DNA from: Phoronis australis
Taxonomy: Eukaryota > Animalia > Phoronida
Assembly: GCA_002633005.1 (NCBI GenBank)
Contig: NMRA01000581.1
Span: 34,762 to 98,761 of the forward strand
Reading direction: 5' to 3'
Length of the DNA: 64,000 nt
Shown here: piece by piece, positions 12,558-25,620 of the stretch
Layout: each line of letters opens with the position of its first letter
Position numbering within the stretch: the first letter of the stretch is position 1
Notes under the pieces: model-generated
The model's input: the letters and a program-made list of their open reading frames with translations, nothing else
Databases searched by the model: none
Told to the model about the DNA's origin: nothing
Translations under genes and position numbers: made by a program

Positions 12558-14407
12558 TTTGGCTAGATTGTAGATACACGTAGGTGCTAGCGTAAGTCAT
12601 AGCGTTACTGAAAGTTCCTCAGCTAATGCCCAGTTTGTCTGCCTGCCTTTCGTTCCAAGTGTGAAAGACTTCTTCCATATCTCATGGGATTGCCGACTTA
12701 CATATCTACGCAATAACTGATTCGTATAGTTCTTTCAAGCAGTCACTGATCAAAATGAGTACTTTAGAACCCCAAAAAAACACAAAAATGTTACACTTTG
12801 TGAACACTGTTACAGAATTAAATTGTTCTAAAAGCACACGTTATGTGTTCTAGTTTTGGAACTCCTTGTATTTAAATTGTAACGCACTGTGTAGAACTCA
12901 AGCAAGTGTTCAGGATAGAACACATGTGCCACACTGATCAATTGGTTATCCTGACCAAGGTTTGTTCCGGAGTCCGAATAACCCGCCTCAAAATGCACTG
13001 CGTTGCACCGACGATCGCCGTGAAAGGGACAGTCTCAGTGTTAAAGGCCTATGGTCCGAGTTATAGAAGAAAAAAACCTCTTAACGCCGTTTAAGCCGGT
13101 TTTTTGGTGTGACATGGAGTTCAAAAAGTTATTAACTTTCAACTTGTGCAAAAAGTTTGAAAAAAATCGTTGTAAACACTACAAACGAATGAAATGTTTA
13201 CAAAGAATTTAGTATCCCGACCGCTATAAACAGATTATAAACATTACAACAACGCATGCGCAGCCACAGATCTAGAGGTCAACAGAATTAATACAAATGG
13301 CGGGGAGAGGTAGGTCTATGAAGTCTACGTCCGAAGGCGAAACGCAGCCGTCCTGCTCTACGAGATTCAGAAAAAGACGTGTTAGCCAGTACAAGCGGCA
13401 TTACCAACAAACCTTGTACCTGTAATTGACTCGTTCGATAGGTGAGAAACAATGAGGACAAGACTGAATGTTCGAACTCGTGAAGGTATTACATTACAAC
13501 AAATGAACAATACCAGGCTTTGGATGGACAAGTATAAGTCAGTAAGTGTGCTGTTTGTGAAATGTTCAATGACTCGTATATACACGTTTAGAGCATTCAC
13601 CGATGGGTGACTGATCTCAGTCAGCATACATCGGACCCGAATCATTTTGAAGAGCCTCAATTCGATTAGCCTTGGTACAAAGCTGTATAATATACAGTCA
13701 TCATACAGCTAGCTAGCTGGCTGGCTACAATTCGATCAGCTGTTCAGTTTTTGTTCTAATACTACTAGTACTAGTAGTAGTACTGATTCACGCTGACCCG
13801 GACTAGTTACACCATGTTAGTGTTTTAACATGTAGTTAAAACTGGTAAGGCCCTTTCATTCTAACGTCGACATGGCGATGTTTTGGGGAGTTGCAGTCAG
13901 TATGGATGGTTAACTACNTTTGGCTAGATTGTAGATACACGTAGGTGCTAGCGTAAGTCATAGCGTTACTGAAAGTTCCTCAGCTAATGCCCAGTTTGTC
14001 TGCCTGCCTTTCGGTCCAAGTGTGAAAGACTTCTTCCATGCTCTCATGGGATTGCCGACTTACATATCTACGCAATAACTGATTCGTATAGTTCTTTCAA
14101 GCAGTCACTGATCAAAATGAGTACTTTAGAACCCCAAAACACACAAAAATGTTACACTTTGTGAACACTGTTACAGAGTTAAATTGTTCTAAAAGCTCAC
14201 GTTATGTGTTCTAGTTTTGGAACTCCTTGTATTTAAATTGTAACGCACTGTGTAGAACTCAAGCAAGTGTTCAGGATAGAACACATGTGCCACACTGATC
14301 AGTAGGTTATCCTGACCAAGGTTTGTTCCGGAGTCCGAATAACCCGCCTCAGAATGCACTGCGTTGCACCGACGATAGCCGTGAAAGGGACAGTCTCAGT
14401 GTTAAAG
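12558..14407. repeat. ~490-bp near-identical direct repeat (12558-13046 and 13919-14407)
   Basis: tttggctagattgtagatacacg...gggacagtctcagtgttaaag is present twice with only scattered substitutions/indels. The second copy begins immediately after an N at 13918. Confidence 0.95.
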
Positions 14408-15794
14408 ACATCAGTTTGTGAAACTGAAGTCGCCGTCAGCGGGTCGAACAACTTGACTGTTTCCTAAAATAGCGAATAAGAATATTCTGATTACAGGTGG
14501 GCACATTGATGATTTGTGATAAGTATCCAAAGGTAACAAAACACAGTTCAACGAATCGAAGCGGTACTGTGGCGTGATTCGAGTGTAAGATATGTTAATT
14601 AAAGCCAAGCTCCTTTGATTTCCGTGTTGTGTCATAGTGTACATGTATACAATAAAGTGGTACGGAAAAGCATAAAAGAACCAACCTATCGCCCTTTTAC
14701 CCACGATCGAGATTCCATTGTCGGCTTATGTAATCGTATTAGTGTGTTGGCTGGGCCCTGCTAACATCAGATAATACAATGTACCCTGTAATGGGTGTAA
14801 CTGAAGCGTGGAATGCACCTGGCTGTGTCGGCATTATTTTTTGCTCGAAAAATATCCGGATTCAGTTCTTCGTTATGGTATTTCGAAAAAAGAAAAAATA
14901 TTGAAAGTCGTACAATTCCGAATTTCCTTGCTACGTGGTATTCAAATGATTCAGCGTCGGTAACCAGGCTTTAGACGGCTGCACATTGCGTTTCATTTTT
15001 GTGTGCCATTCGCCCGAAAAATATAAGCCTCAGCAAACTTCAAAAGACATAATACAATTATTTATTTTTTAATTGTAAGTGTGTGAGTGTTTCTTTTGGA
15101 TTCATTTAGAAATAAAACTGTAGCTTAATACTTCACGTGGGATCCAACATAGAGCAGACCAATTTATGCGCAGTAGTGCTTCGATGACCTACATAAGCGT
15201 TTGACAAACATGAATTCGTTTTCAGCCTAAGCGTAGTATGTACGTGCTCTGAGTGAAGTCAGAAGGAACGGTTTTCGGATGACTGGTACGCAAATCCAAA
15301 CTTTGGATGAGTTGGGTGTCTGGGCGGTCGCAGGGGTGTACATATAAATAGCGGCCGTCTGGCCCGTTTTTGGACGGCCAGAATTTTATTTTAAGACTGG
15401 TTCGACGGGACGGCCAGAATTGGACGGGCAAAATTTTAATAAGTTGCTTGAAATGACGGCCACTTTCTCACTATTACCGCCTCGTCGACAACTTCGCTCA
15501 AATATATAGGACGTCAGTCACTTCATAATTAAGAAACAGACTGTGGCAGCATATTGTTAGAAATATCAACAAACATTGAATGGAAGCGCGTTTGACTATT
15601 CTGGTTGGCTGTTGGCTTGTGCATTTCTCGTTTAGACGAATACTATTGGTTCTTTTTGGTTCATTTCTTATTGGCATTGGCCAATCAAAATTGAACTCAT
15701 CTTATTCTCTTAAAAGGACTTTCGTTGGCTGATCCAATATTTGTGGTTACCCCTGTGAAAAAATGGCAGCAATGGGCAATGCAGATGGTTTCGN

Positions 15795-16046
15795 TCTGCC
15801 AGATACCATTTGGCATCGGGGTGTGAATTGCTGACTAGCATATGCGGGGGGCGTTATGTACAATGCATAGGCCTTTAACAAACCCCGTTTACTGTTTTTT
15901 TTTCTACTAATGAGTTCCACACACCCAACAATTCGAGACCCCTACATCCCTACATTTTAGGCTGGGCGCGCACGTGTGGCGAAATTCTGGTTATTCCTGT
16001 GCCCTGTTCCCCCCTCCGCTAAATCAAAATCCTGGATCCGCCCCTG
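15795..16046 (-). mobile_element. Dispersed MITE-like repeat (end caggggcggatccagg), second copy at ~42434-42725 on plus
   Basis: Both copies share ggatccaggattttga..ggggg..agggcacaggaataaccagaatttcg..gcgcgcccagcctaaaa.gtagggatg.aggggtctcg..ggcctatgcattgt. Confidence 0.75.
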
Positions 16047-19000
16047 GTTTGTGTCACGTCGTCTGCCCCGAAAAGACAGTCTAAGGATTATTTTGCAAAT
16101 CGAGAGATGTTCCATATAGAGACGTTGACTCAGCCTCTGTTCCTGATACGACAGGTATTCCAGTTCCATATCCGGATGGCGGTGACGAAACCCAAATACG
16201 CATGCAACGGTGAACCCTTCAAAGCCTACCGGATTTTTGCCAATAAAATACTACATCGGCATTTTTACAATTCGTTCCAAACTTCAGATTAATAGATGGT
16301 TCTCAACAGATAAGAATGAGGTTTTGACAATCCTGATATGGCATACTCGCAAACTTGTGACAACCCAGTCGACACCTTTCTAGAAATATTGGTTTCAATT
16401 GTTCTGCGCTAATTTGAAAAACCTTTACCAACAGCATTTTTGTGATAACGCGAAAAACTGTTTGATGACTTTCACCACCCACATTTTTTGAAATCTCAAT
16501 GTAAAAATGCCATACATTGATGGCTATGAGGTTTGTCCAGTCCTGATTCATAAAAGTAGTGCCCCGACTGTGACACCATAGCAGAGCTGAAACTGGGTTA
16601 ATGGTATTTACATTAGTTATTCACACAAAAGACGCTCATGTGGAGAAGTTTCTCACGTGCACTGCTCACCGCACAGATTCCTTAGCCTCAGGCAACTTTT
16701 ATAATGATGCCTATTCTTCACGCCCTTTGTATTGATGTAGACCTGAGCTAATGAAGTGGAAAGGTAATAGCTATCACTCAGTGTCTCCGCAATGGTGGTT
16801 GTTATAACACCCATTGGTACTGGTATTTGCATAGAGTTACAGCCTGCAACTGTGGAGAGAAGTTTTAACCAAAACGACTAAAAATACAATTTGTGTTTAC
16901 CTTGACAGAGGACCACTTCCCAAAGAAACGATGGTTTTAAATATGTTTGATATCGGTTTCGTTATTTCATTTTGTAAGGCTAGGCTGTCAACTTGTTTTT
17001 TTTCTTACCGGGAACGGGTTGATATATGTTTATTTTATTCTTTAACTTGAAGTACCAAAACGGAAGATTTTGATCGCTAGCGAAACTTTATTAGTTTAGT
17101 TAATTGTAAACCCATCCCTGAACTTTCCATGTTACAACTTGAAACACTATAAAACAGTTTATGGCAAACAAGACTGCAGGTGTCATTAGTTCAAGTCTAA
17201 TATTTATTAGAACTCAAATCATGAAATATATACAAAAGTGCAAATGTGGTGATAGACAAACTGAAGATTTGGAATCTCTGAACAATTTCGGATGCATTGA
17301 TTACATAACTATCTTAGCTCTTTGTCAGTCAAAAAAATGAAGACCGGGAACAAATTATGTACATCTGTTTCCTAGTCAAAATCTAATTAAACGAGATTGA
17401 AAGAATATTAAAAGAATAATGATGTGATGTTGTTGACTCTGATCAGTGTTTGTAAACCCACCGAGTACATCAATACGCGTACGGTCGCTTATCTTCAATC
17501 GCACGCAATGTTTGTAACTTTTAGCTCATCAGTTCATCGATTTTTAAAAATCGAAAACCATACTTGGTTCTTTTTTCCACCTGAATACCGCCATGATGTT
17601 CATTTTTATCATTGAAAATTATTGGTTAATGAACTTTAAAAATTTTCCAGTATGTACAGTCGGGGATGTTTACTACAGTTTATGGTCGGGTAACTACACC
17701 TCACGTAGTGTTGCTCGCACCCAACACTGCAGTCATCACAACTGTATCCAACTACGGTGCTGCGCTCAGAAGCGGCGAAAATTCCCGAATATGTTTAGAA
17801 ATGGGCGACTTCCTTGTTAGCGTATTATTCACAGTATGTTATGAATAGACAGCATTAGCTTTGTGGTGGTTTGCTAATGCTTCACTGCATTCAATTTCGA
17901 TAGGATAGGTGGCAATTCGTCACGAGCGTGGCTACAACCGTTTGAGGTGTAAGTTTGTTTCACCTGGCATGATCAATCACAATCTATGCTCGCCATTAAA
18001 AGCACTTTGCGTGAAATATGACAAGGACATTTTTCAATTGTAAAAAAATGAAACACAAATAAGTGTCTCCGGACAATGAAAAAAGCGGAACATAAGTATT
18101 TTACTGCCGTCTAACTCAGGAGATGGAAATAATTTTTGACGGTGCCTCTTAATTCCAACTACGACCCCTAAATCCCATTCCCAACTCAGAAAGCACCAAA
18201 CAAATTTCATAACCGTGGCCCTAAACTCTACACCCATTCGGTGACTAAACTTAGGGCAACCAAATTTCTGTCGTGGACACGTGGCAGGTATGGACTTTAT
18301 GCAGTGGAATTGTTTGTTGGTCTGAGACTGGAATTTAGGGGATCGAAGCTAAAATTTAGAGGCGCGGCCGTGGAATTGCTTTTACACCGCGTATGTAGTC
18401 ATGTGAGAGGAGTGACAGTAGGGTAGGAGTGTCGCTTTTTGTCATGTAGGCCTACATGCCTTGATAAGACAATGTCTTCATTACCAATGATCAATTTTAT
18501 TTAAAGACACAGTGCGAGTTGCCTCAGTCATATTTATACCTTAATTTTCTTAACTGTCAGCCCTATTTGTGTTTGCCTTGTTTCCGTTTAGAAAGTGGGC
18601 GTGGTTTCTTCGGAAACCTCATTAAATATGGCGGCAGTTGAGTGAGAACCCATAATGCACGAATCAGTTTTTTCACTACAGCGGCCACTTTAAGTGGTGG
18701 TAGCTCATGCAAAAAATACAATTTGCAAGTTTCAATCGAAAAATCCAAGTTTGTGGAAATCAAAGTCGATTTTGGTAAAATAATCACAAAAATTTAAAAA
18801 AGTAGATGAAACCCCTTCTGTGTTTTAAATATTTTAAGAGCACAAATTACAGCCCTTTATATGGTTTTGTTTTAAGCTGCAATCAAAAAGTAAAGATCAA
18901 TGTCGTTCAAATTAGTGGCCACGATGCGAGCGCGCCACCAAGACGTCAAAAACTGTATTGAAAATTCCATATTTCATTCTCGTTATTTTGAAAACATTTT

Positions 19001-19727
19001 GATAGAATGATTGAGTGTCATTTGGAAACAAACGAAATCTTGATTGGTTTGCGGTCAAATACATGTACCATTTATTAAAAAATAACTGAAAAGAAGTTGA
19101 AAAAGTACATGTTTGTTTAAAATTGTTTACATCTGAGAGAATTTTGCCCGATATGACACTCACAATGAGTATAGATTAGCTATCAATCGTACACTCTTGG
19201 CTTACTACCGTGCTCACAAAAGAGTTCGAGACAAACCACTGGCATCTGCAGTCACCACAAAGATAATCTTAAAACCTGGACACGGAATCGAATGTTTGCA
19301 CTCTAAACGAACTCGAAATTATTTTTTGGCAAATCCTGTGCTATTTTTGACCAAACTCAAGATAAGTGGTTATTACACTGTGCTCAAATACATTATAGTC
19401 TACTCACAGGGGTCCAAGTTTGCACTTGATGACCCTTATATTCGTGGCTACAAACTCGAGTAAAAACTCGAAATTTGGATTTCAAAATGGAACTTTGAGC
19501 CTTTATGTTGGGTTTATCAACTGAAAACTAGTACTAAAAAATAACCCACGTAAGCCATTACGTACTCGAGCATAGACTAATGGCCACGTATTTTGAGTTC
19601 ACACAAAAGTAGAGTAGAAAATGCCAAACATAAGTTTGAATTCCATTTAGAGTTAAAAAGATTAGAATCCGGTCCCTGTAGACATTCATGGCAATTACCT
19701 TTGAGATGTAATAGTTGAATGACATCA

Positions 19728-21180
19728 TCATCGTCGCCATACAGGGCGTTTTGGAAACACAGGGTTGGTGTCCCCTCTCGGAGTTCTAGGCTGCAATTGG
19801 GGCCTCAGTGGTTGCAAAGTTGTCTGGCTACGTCTGAGTGGCTTCCTTGCCGACCGGTAACTAGACTTCACTGAACTCTTTCGTGGGGTTCCGGTTGTTG
19901 GTGGTGCTGGCCTGAAGTGCGTTCCACTGTCATTTTCAACACTATCATTCACAGCAATTGGTCTTGATGAGTTTGGTAAGCCTGGTATTAAGTCACTACC
20001 TTCACCTTCGTGGTGCAAACTGGATTTTCTTAGACGTGGGTCTTTCACACCATAACTTGATACACTTCTCTGACCGTCAATAGACCGTCTGTGACTCTGT
20101 CTTGACTTATTTCCTATAGGTGGGAAGCCACCATTATCCCCATTTTCAAAATGGCTACGTGGACCAGCACCATGTTGAGGACTTCGGCGCGATTGATCTC
20201 GGTCTTTTACACCATCTTTGTATCCTACTCTCACGCTCTCATAGGCCAATTCTGAACTCTCTCTCCACGAAGTCCTTGAGTCTCGAAAGTTATCATTTTC
20301 TCTGTTTTCATAATAGTTCTTTGAAACATCAGCGTTCTGAGGACTGTGATTTCTTTGACTTAGATTTTCTTTACCATTGCCACATCCGATTCCTTCGCTG
20401 TCAATAGACAATCTTGAACGCAGTCCAGGTAATTTTTGTAAGAATGGAAAGTCAATACCATCCGTATTTTCATAAGACCTTTGTGGGCCACCTCGATCTG
20501 TGTCTTCTCTACCCGCATCTTTGAACCACATTCTCGTGCTGTCAATACGCAGTTCTTGGGATTTGGGTCTCGGGCTTGGTAGTTGATGTATGGAAGCTCC
20601 CATGTCGTACAAATTATCCATGAGCTTGAGTTTTATGTCCCCGTCAGCCTGTACCAGTTCATTCAAGTGTTGGTTTTCACTTTCTTTTCTCTGTATTTCA
20701 TTTAAGTATTTTTGTTCACTTTTCTGATAGTTATTCAAGTCTTGCTGCATTTGTTTATATGCGTCTGTAATATATCTGACGTTGATGCAAAGGAGACTTT
20801 CTCTTGTTACAGGGTGTTCAATGGTCACCGCAAGGTCAGACATGCTGGTGTTGGCTTCATCGATCGCTTCTCTGATTTTGTCCATTTCTTCATGTGTTTG
20901 CTTAAGCGTTTCGTCCATTTTGCTTACTTTGGTCTTTATGAGATCCAAGACAACCAAAGGCTTGTCACGTTTGCCCTCTTTTTCATTGAGCAGTTGAATT
21001 GACAATTCGTATATTTGGTTTTCTAAGTTTTGCAAATCTCGACTAAGCTGCCTAATAAGTTCATTTTCGCCGTTCAACGATCCTGGCTCGCTTGCTTGAA
21101 CAGAAGTATTGTCTGATTGTTGATCGACAATAATACGGGACAGTTGTCGTTTCAGTCTTTTGATTTCTTCTTCCAAAGCA
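19728..21180 (-). CDS. CARD protein terminal exon (coiled coil + disordered tail)
   Basis: Acceptor tttattgcAG at 21182-21181; 482-aa ORF in the track. Confidence 0.85.
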
Positions 21181-24100
21181 CTGCAATAAACGTATGATTC
21201 TCAGTGGAGATTAGCCGTTGATTGAATTATTGGTAAAAGGCATATAATCTATTAACAATTGACCTGATTTTAAACACTAAGAGATTTGTATAAGCAAAAA
21301 TTTACTTGTCTTCATGAAACTGTATGTTGGTCCTATCAGGTAACCTATAGTTCAGTCTGAAGAGATCGGTGCCACTACCGGGTTTTGAACCCAAGACTTC
21401 CTGCTAACCGTGCAGACGCTCAACGCCACTGAGCTAGACCACGCACCACCATAAACAGGCTGGTTTACGCAATTACACACTAATAGATGTCACTGCTTCT
21501 CTCACACAGATTGCGGTCACACACCAAAAAACTTCAGGACAAATCAGACCAGGGGCCAGTTGCGTGATACAGTCCCAACTACAGACGCAACTAAATTCGC
21601 TAAATCTTTTGCATATTTGTGTCACTCACATGTGTATTATTTTTATGGTTTTGTTTTCATTACAGGCCCCGTCTTATAATGTAACTAAACATTGAGCCCT
21701 TCATGCAACCAAAATAGTCAGGGACTAAATTAAAGGCGTTGCACGAAAAGATTCCACTCGATTTCAATAATATTGCGAATTCATTTTGGAGTTCAGCTTC
21801 GATTTGCATCAAAGCCAAAATTTGAAATGTAATGACCTTAAAACAGCATAATGAGAAAGAGCAATCCGTGTTTTCACAAGCACACAAACCCTCGGTATAT
21901 TTGGGGAACTTGGATGAGCCCCTATTTGGGACTGTTTCATGCAGCCGGCCACTGGGGTCTGTTACATGAACGGATACTTCTCACTTAAGTCAGAAAATTG
22001 GTCGTACGCTTCACACGACTATTTTTGAAAAGTAATTCAACCTCTATTGTGTCAAAAGACAAAAGTCTGTGATATTATACAGATAATTGGTCGTAACTTA
22101 AAAAATAATTTCTCTAAATTATTGTTAAACTGTGTTGCGCTCATAAGCACTTGGCTGAGACCGTAAGACCAAATTTCTGTCTTAAAGTCTTAAAACGAAC
22201 GACGGGGTTGGGTCAATCCTTTTAACATTCTTTGAGACAAGTTTGTCAGAGCTCATATTCAAATCGTAAAGTGGGAATGAAACGCACCCTCAAAAGTTAC
22301 CATTCTTCTGAAATAGTGAACCACCACTTAAAGCATTAATTCTGATACTTTAGATCCTCTCTAGTATTTATTTAGATGAAATAAATAAGAGATAATATTA
22401 AACAGTGAGAGTATATACAACAATGGAAAAGGACATAATCAAGACAGGTAGGGTGTAAAATGGTTAGGTAAAATTACAGCCACTTTTTAGCATTAAGTTT
22501 GAAAGCATCGTTGTATTAAAACCATGCTGTCTCACCGTCGAACGCAAATCTCTAAGATATCAATCGAATCGTACTGATTTCATAGCTGTGTAAATTGTTT
22601 TAAAACAGAAGGTACACTTCACTTACATTTTAGTAATTTACGAGCACTCAAGTAGTATTTTATACGTAAAAAATAATGGAAATCACCATTAAATTCTTAC
22701 AGTGTCATAGCTAAGTGATTTTAACAACTGTAGGTTCAGAATCTGCTGTCCTGCCAGAACACGTTACTCATGGGAAGATATGAAACGAATACGACAAGCT
22801 TTCCTATTGTAGTAACTATTTTTTAATTGAACACCAGGGGGCCGTTTTATCAAAGGCCGTACCTACGAGACGGTTAATGTAGGCAAAACATTGCAAACCA
22901 GAGGGGGAGTTATTTATAGAGCGAAACGTTACATCCTACTAAGGTATCAATTTTTCATGTTCAGACTTTACGCAAGCCAAACTAAGATCGTACTTACTAC
23001 TTTATCAAATAAAATGGGCGCCGGGATATTTGACTTCGAACTCAAAATTATTACTGAGGAGAATGCAGACTCCACGAGTTTTGTGGTCCGACACATGGCC
23101 CGATTGCGGTATTTCAACGGTTAAATATTCTCCAATAAAATCAAGTGTCCTGAGGACAGAAGATGGAAAACCTGTGACCAGGAATTCGAACTTACATGTT
23201 TCGTTCAAGTTGCTTATTCAAATCCGCTTTCCGTGCAAGGTGTGGTATAACCTGTTCCACCTCCTCATTCGTCACATTCGGAACTCCATTTCTCAGAATC
23301 TTCTCAACTTCGTTGACGTTGTCGTAAGAATACGGCAGAGCTGTCAGGATGTAAAAAAGTTGTCAGATTAAATGACGCTTAGTATTGGCTGTCGGTATAT
23401 CGCTTGAGTAAAAAACAAGCAGCTAATTCGCGAATACTGTTTGAAAACAAACTGCAGTCGAGATACATATAGATTATTACATGGCGAAGTCGTTATCCCC
23501 CGTTATCTAGAGCCCGAGTGGATTTTGGAAAATTATCGCCCGAGGGGCGTTAGCGTAAAAGTATTTATACCACAATATTAGCGTCAAATGGCAGATACAA
23601 CCGTGTAATAACCCATAAAGTTATCTCACTAGTGAGATAACGATTTGGCGGGAAACCGAGGACGGGGTCGAAACCGGGACCCTAATATTGCTGGTCGCCG
23701 ACTTTAACCACTACACCACGCAGCGACTGACGTCGTCAAGTGTGAAAATAGAATACTTAAATAAGCACGCGCAATAATCGCACGTTCAACAAACCGCATT
23801 GTACTGTACTTATACGCTCCGAAAAATAAGACACATAATTTCCATAAAAATGATATCTTAATTCAGTGAAATTTTTCTCTCATGTCCTCTTACTTGTAAA
23901 TCACCGATCTCCAGTTTGAATGCAGGTATCGTGTCGTNTAAAGTACAGATGAAAACAAACCTTCAAGTGATTTTGTCATTGCTTCTCGGAAGAAGTTGGC
24001 TAAACTCTTATTTTCTGACGCCTCCCATGCCTCAAGTAACTTGTCAAAAGCGTCTGGTCCACGTCTTGGCACTATCTCAATTAATTTACGTATCTTTCGT

Positions 24101-24659
24101 CGGCTGAATTTTTCCTCCTGAAAGGAATAGTTTTGGTCATGGCAAATAAATACGAACAGTTCGTACTGATTGAAAAAATTAAAACAGAATCCGAGCATCA
24201 GTTGAAATATTTGCACTCCGAAATATGCCGTGAAATCTTTTTTGGCGTTTTACAGTTCTCTAGATTTCAAACGTCCTATCAGGCAGACTGAAGTTCCTTA
24301 GTGGCTTAAAAGCAACTCTTACGAAGATTTTTTAAGTTCGAGACTTGTTAAAACAAGTCTCAACATGTACGAATTTGTACAAAATACAAAGAAGTGTTAG
24401 TGATTTCTAAAAACATTTCGTCAAACGATTCGACAATTTACAGAACATGACCATGTTCTTGCATACTATATTAGGAATGTTCAAGTACCTCAATTACTTG
24501 ACAGTGTTCCTCTGTAAGAACTCCTGTTTGATACAAACAGGTAATAAATAATTCATCGACATAAAAACTGTCCTGCAAATAAACGATATTTTCTTGAAGC
24601 AAGTTACTCAGTCTTTTTCCAGCTGACGTTTCTCCTTGCGTTGAACAAGCACCTTCCAT
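19728..24659 (-). CDS. CARD-like death-fold + coiled-coil + disordered S/R/P-rich tail protein, complement(join(19728..21180,23196..23340,23961..24117,24489..24659)), ~641 aa
   Basis: Exons 1-2 encode LLQENIVYLQDSFYVDELFITCLYQTGVLTEEHCQVIEEEKFSRRKIRKLIEIVPRRGPDAFDKLLEAWEASENKSLA, the CARD pattern (L..N...L...L....L.Q.GVLT......I......K..LL..L..RGP.AF..F..AL). Junction phases 0, 1, 2 all join in frame. The terminal exon is 484 open codons with heptad-rich segments. Confidence 0.8.
21368..21447 (-). mobile_element. tRNA-derived SINE head / tRNA-like pseudogene
   Basis: ggtgcgtggtcTAGCTCAGTGGcgttgagcg tctgc-acggtta-gcagg aagtcttgGGTTCAAAACCCggtagtggcacc: A/B boxes and an anticodon-like arm, but a non-canonical loop and acceptor stem. 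Confidence 0.6.
23196..23340 (-). CDS. CARD protein coding exon 3
   Basis: Acceptor tgacAG, donor AT|GTAAGT; open frame ALPYSYDNVNEVEKILRNG...LNKQLERN bridges phase 1 to phase 2. Confidence 0.7.
23655..23724 (-). mobile_element. tRNA-derived SINE head
   Basis: gcgTGGTGTAGTGGttaa...ccGGTTTCGACCCCg A/B boxes; no intact anticodon arm. Confidence 0.55.
23961..24117 (-). CDS. CARD protein coding exon 2 (CARD C-half, RRGPDAF)
   Basis: Acceptor tcctttcAG, donor AAG|GTTTGT. Confidence 0.8.
24489..24659 (-). CDS. CARD protein coding exon 1 (CARD N-half)
   Basis: ATG at 24659, 57 codons, donor GAG|GTACTT. Confidence 0.75.
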
Positions 24660-25515
24660 CTTGTGTTTTGATTACTCCTCAATCGCTTACTTTGGAATTT
24701 CCCAACATTGCAATAAGGTTCTGATGCTTTTTTCAATAGTTCATTTCTTATCCTTTCGATACAATAGATTGGTGGACTATGGGGCCTCTGAGACACTCAC
24801 ATTCATAACGTGCAAACTGATAAGCACAAAAAGTCGAGCCCTAGTCAAAAGAGCATTGTTTACACTGTCTATAAAGTTCTATGGCTCTTGTGTGCCCAAC
24901 GGGAGCGTGGATTGTGTGGCTGTGTTCAATCCAAACAAGCCCTTTTTGCCAACTATATGGCGAAAAAACAGTGCACAGCGTTAGCAAGTACCAGTTACGC
25001 ACGATTATCTGCATTATTTGTCTCGCAAAGTCGGGTATGTGACATGAGCAGTCCATGCTACTCGTCAAAGTATGGTTCCAGTTTGTTAGTATAATGGGAA
25101 AACTTCTCAAGTCACGTGCTTTGCTCGTGTCTTTTCCCGACATACTTTCACACCTATATCTTGATTCAACCAATGCTTTAAGTTTAAAGTGATACATTGA
25201 AAGCTAATTTGTAGTTGTTAAAAGATGTATACACATCTTGGCTATTAATAAAGATTACTTATGAAACACAAATTTTCCTCAATTCATTCCACATTTTGGT
25301 GTACATTTCGTTTAAAGAAACGCCCCCATTTCCCTACAAAATTCTAAAAACAGAAAAACGTTAACTTCGGCTATCTTCGGTTAATGCGTCACGGAAGTGA
25401 GACGTGACCCGAGCAATGCCGAGTCTTTTGAGTTTCTCCATTGATGTGCGCCAAGAATTCTAGTGTTTTCTTACGAATATCAATATCATAGCTTTAATTT
25501 AACTGGCGTTGGCAT

Positions 25516-25620
25516 TTGAAGAAGGGTAACAGACCGCGCTGTGTTGTGGGAGGTTGTCACAATACACCACGGCTGGGAGTGTCTGTGCGCAATTTCCCTA
25601 CTGATCTAAGACTGCGTTGC
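25516..25620 (+). pseudogene. THAP zinc-finger N-terminal fragment of a decayed DNA transposon
   Basis: RCVVGGCHNTPRLGVSVRNFPTDLRLR fits the THAP start C.V.GC.N.....S.H.FP.D...R; the downstream W/C/H residues are lost. Confidence 0.6.

Noticed and set aside
21368-21447. Functional tRNA-Thr(GGT)
   Set aside because: The anticodon loop lacks U33, the acceptor stem is irregular and the T-loop is altered; treated as SINE-derived.
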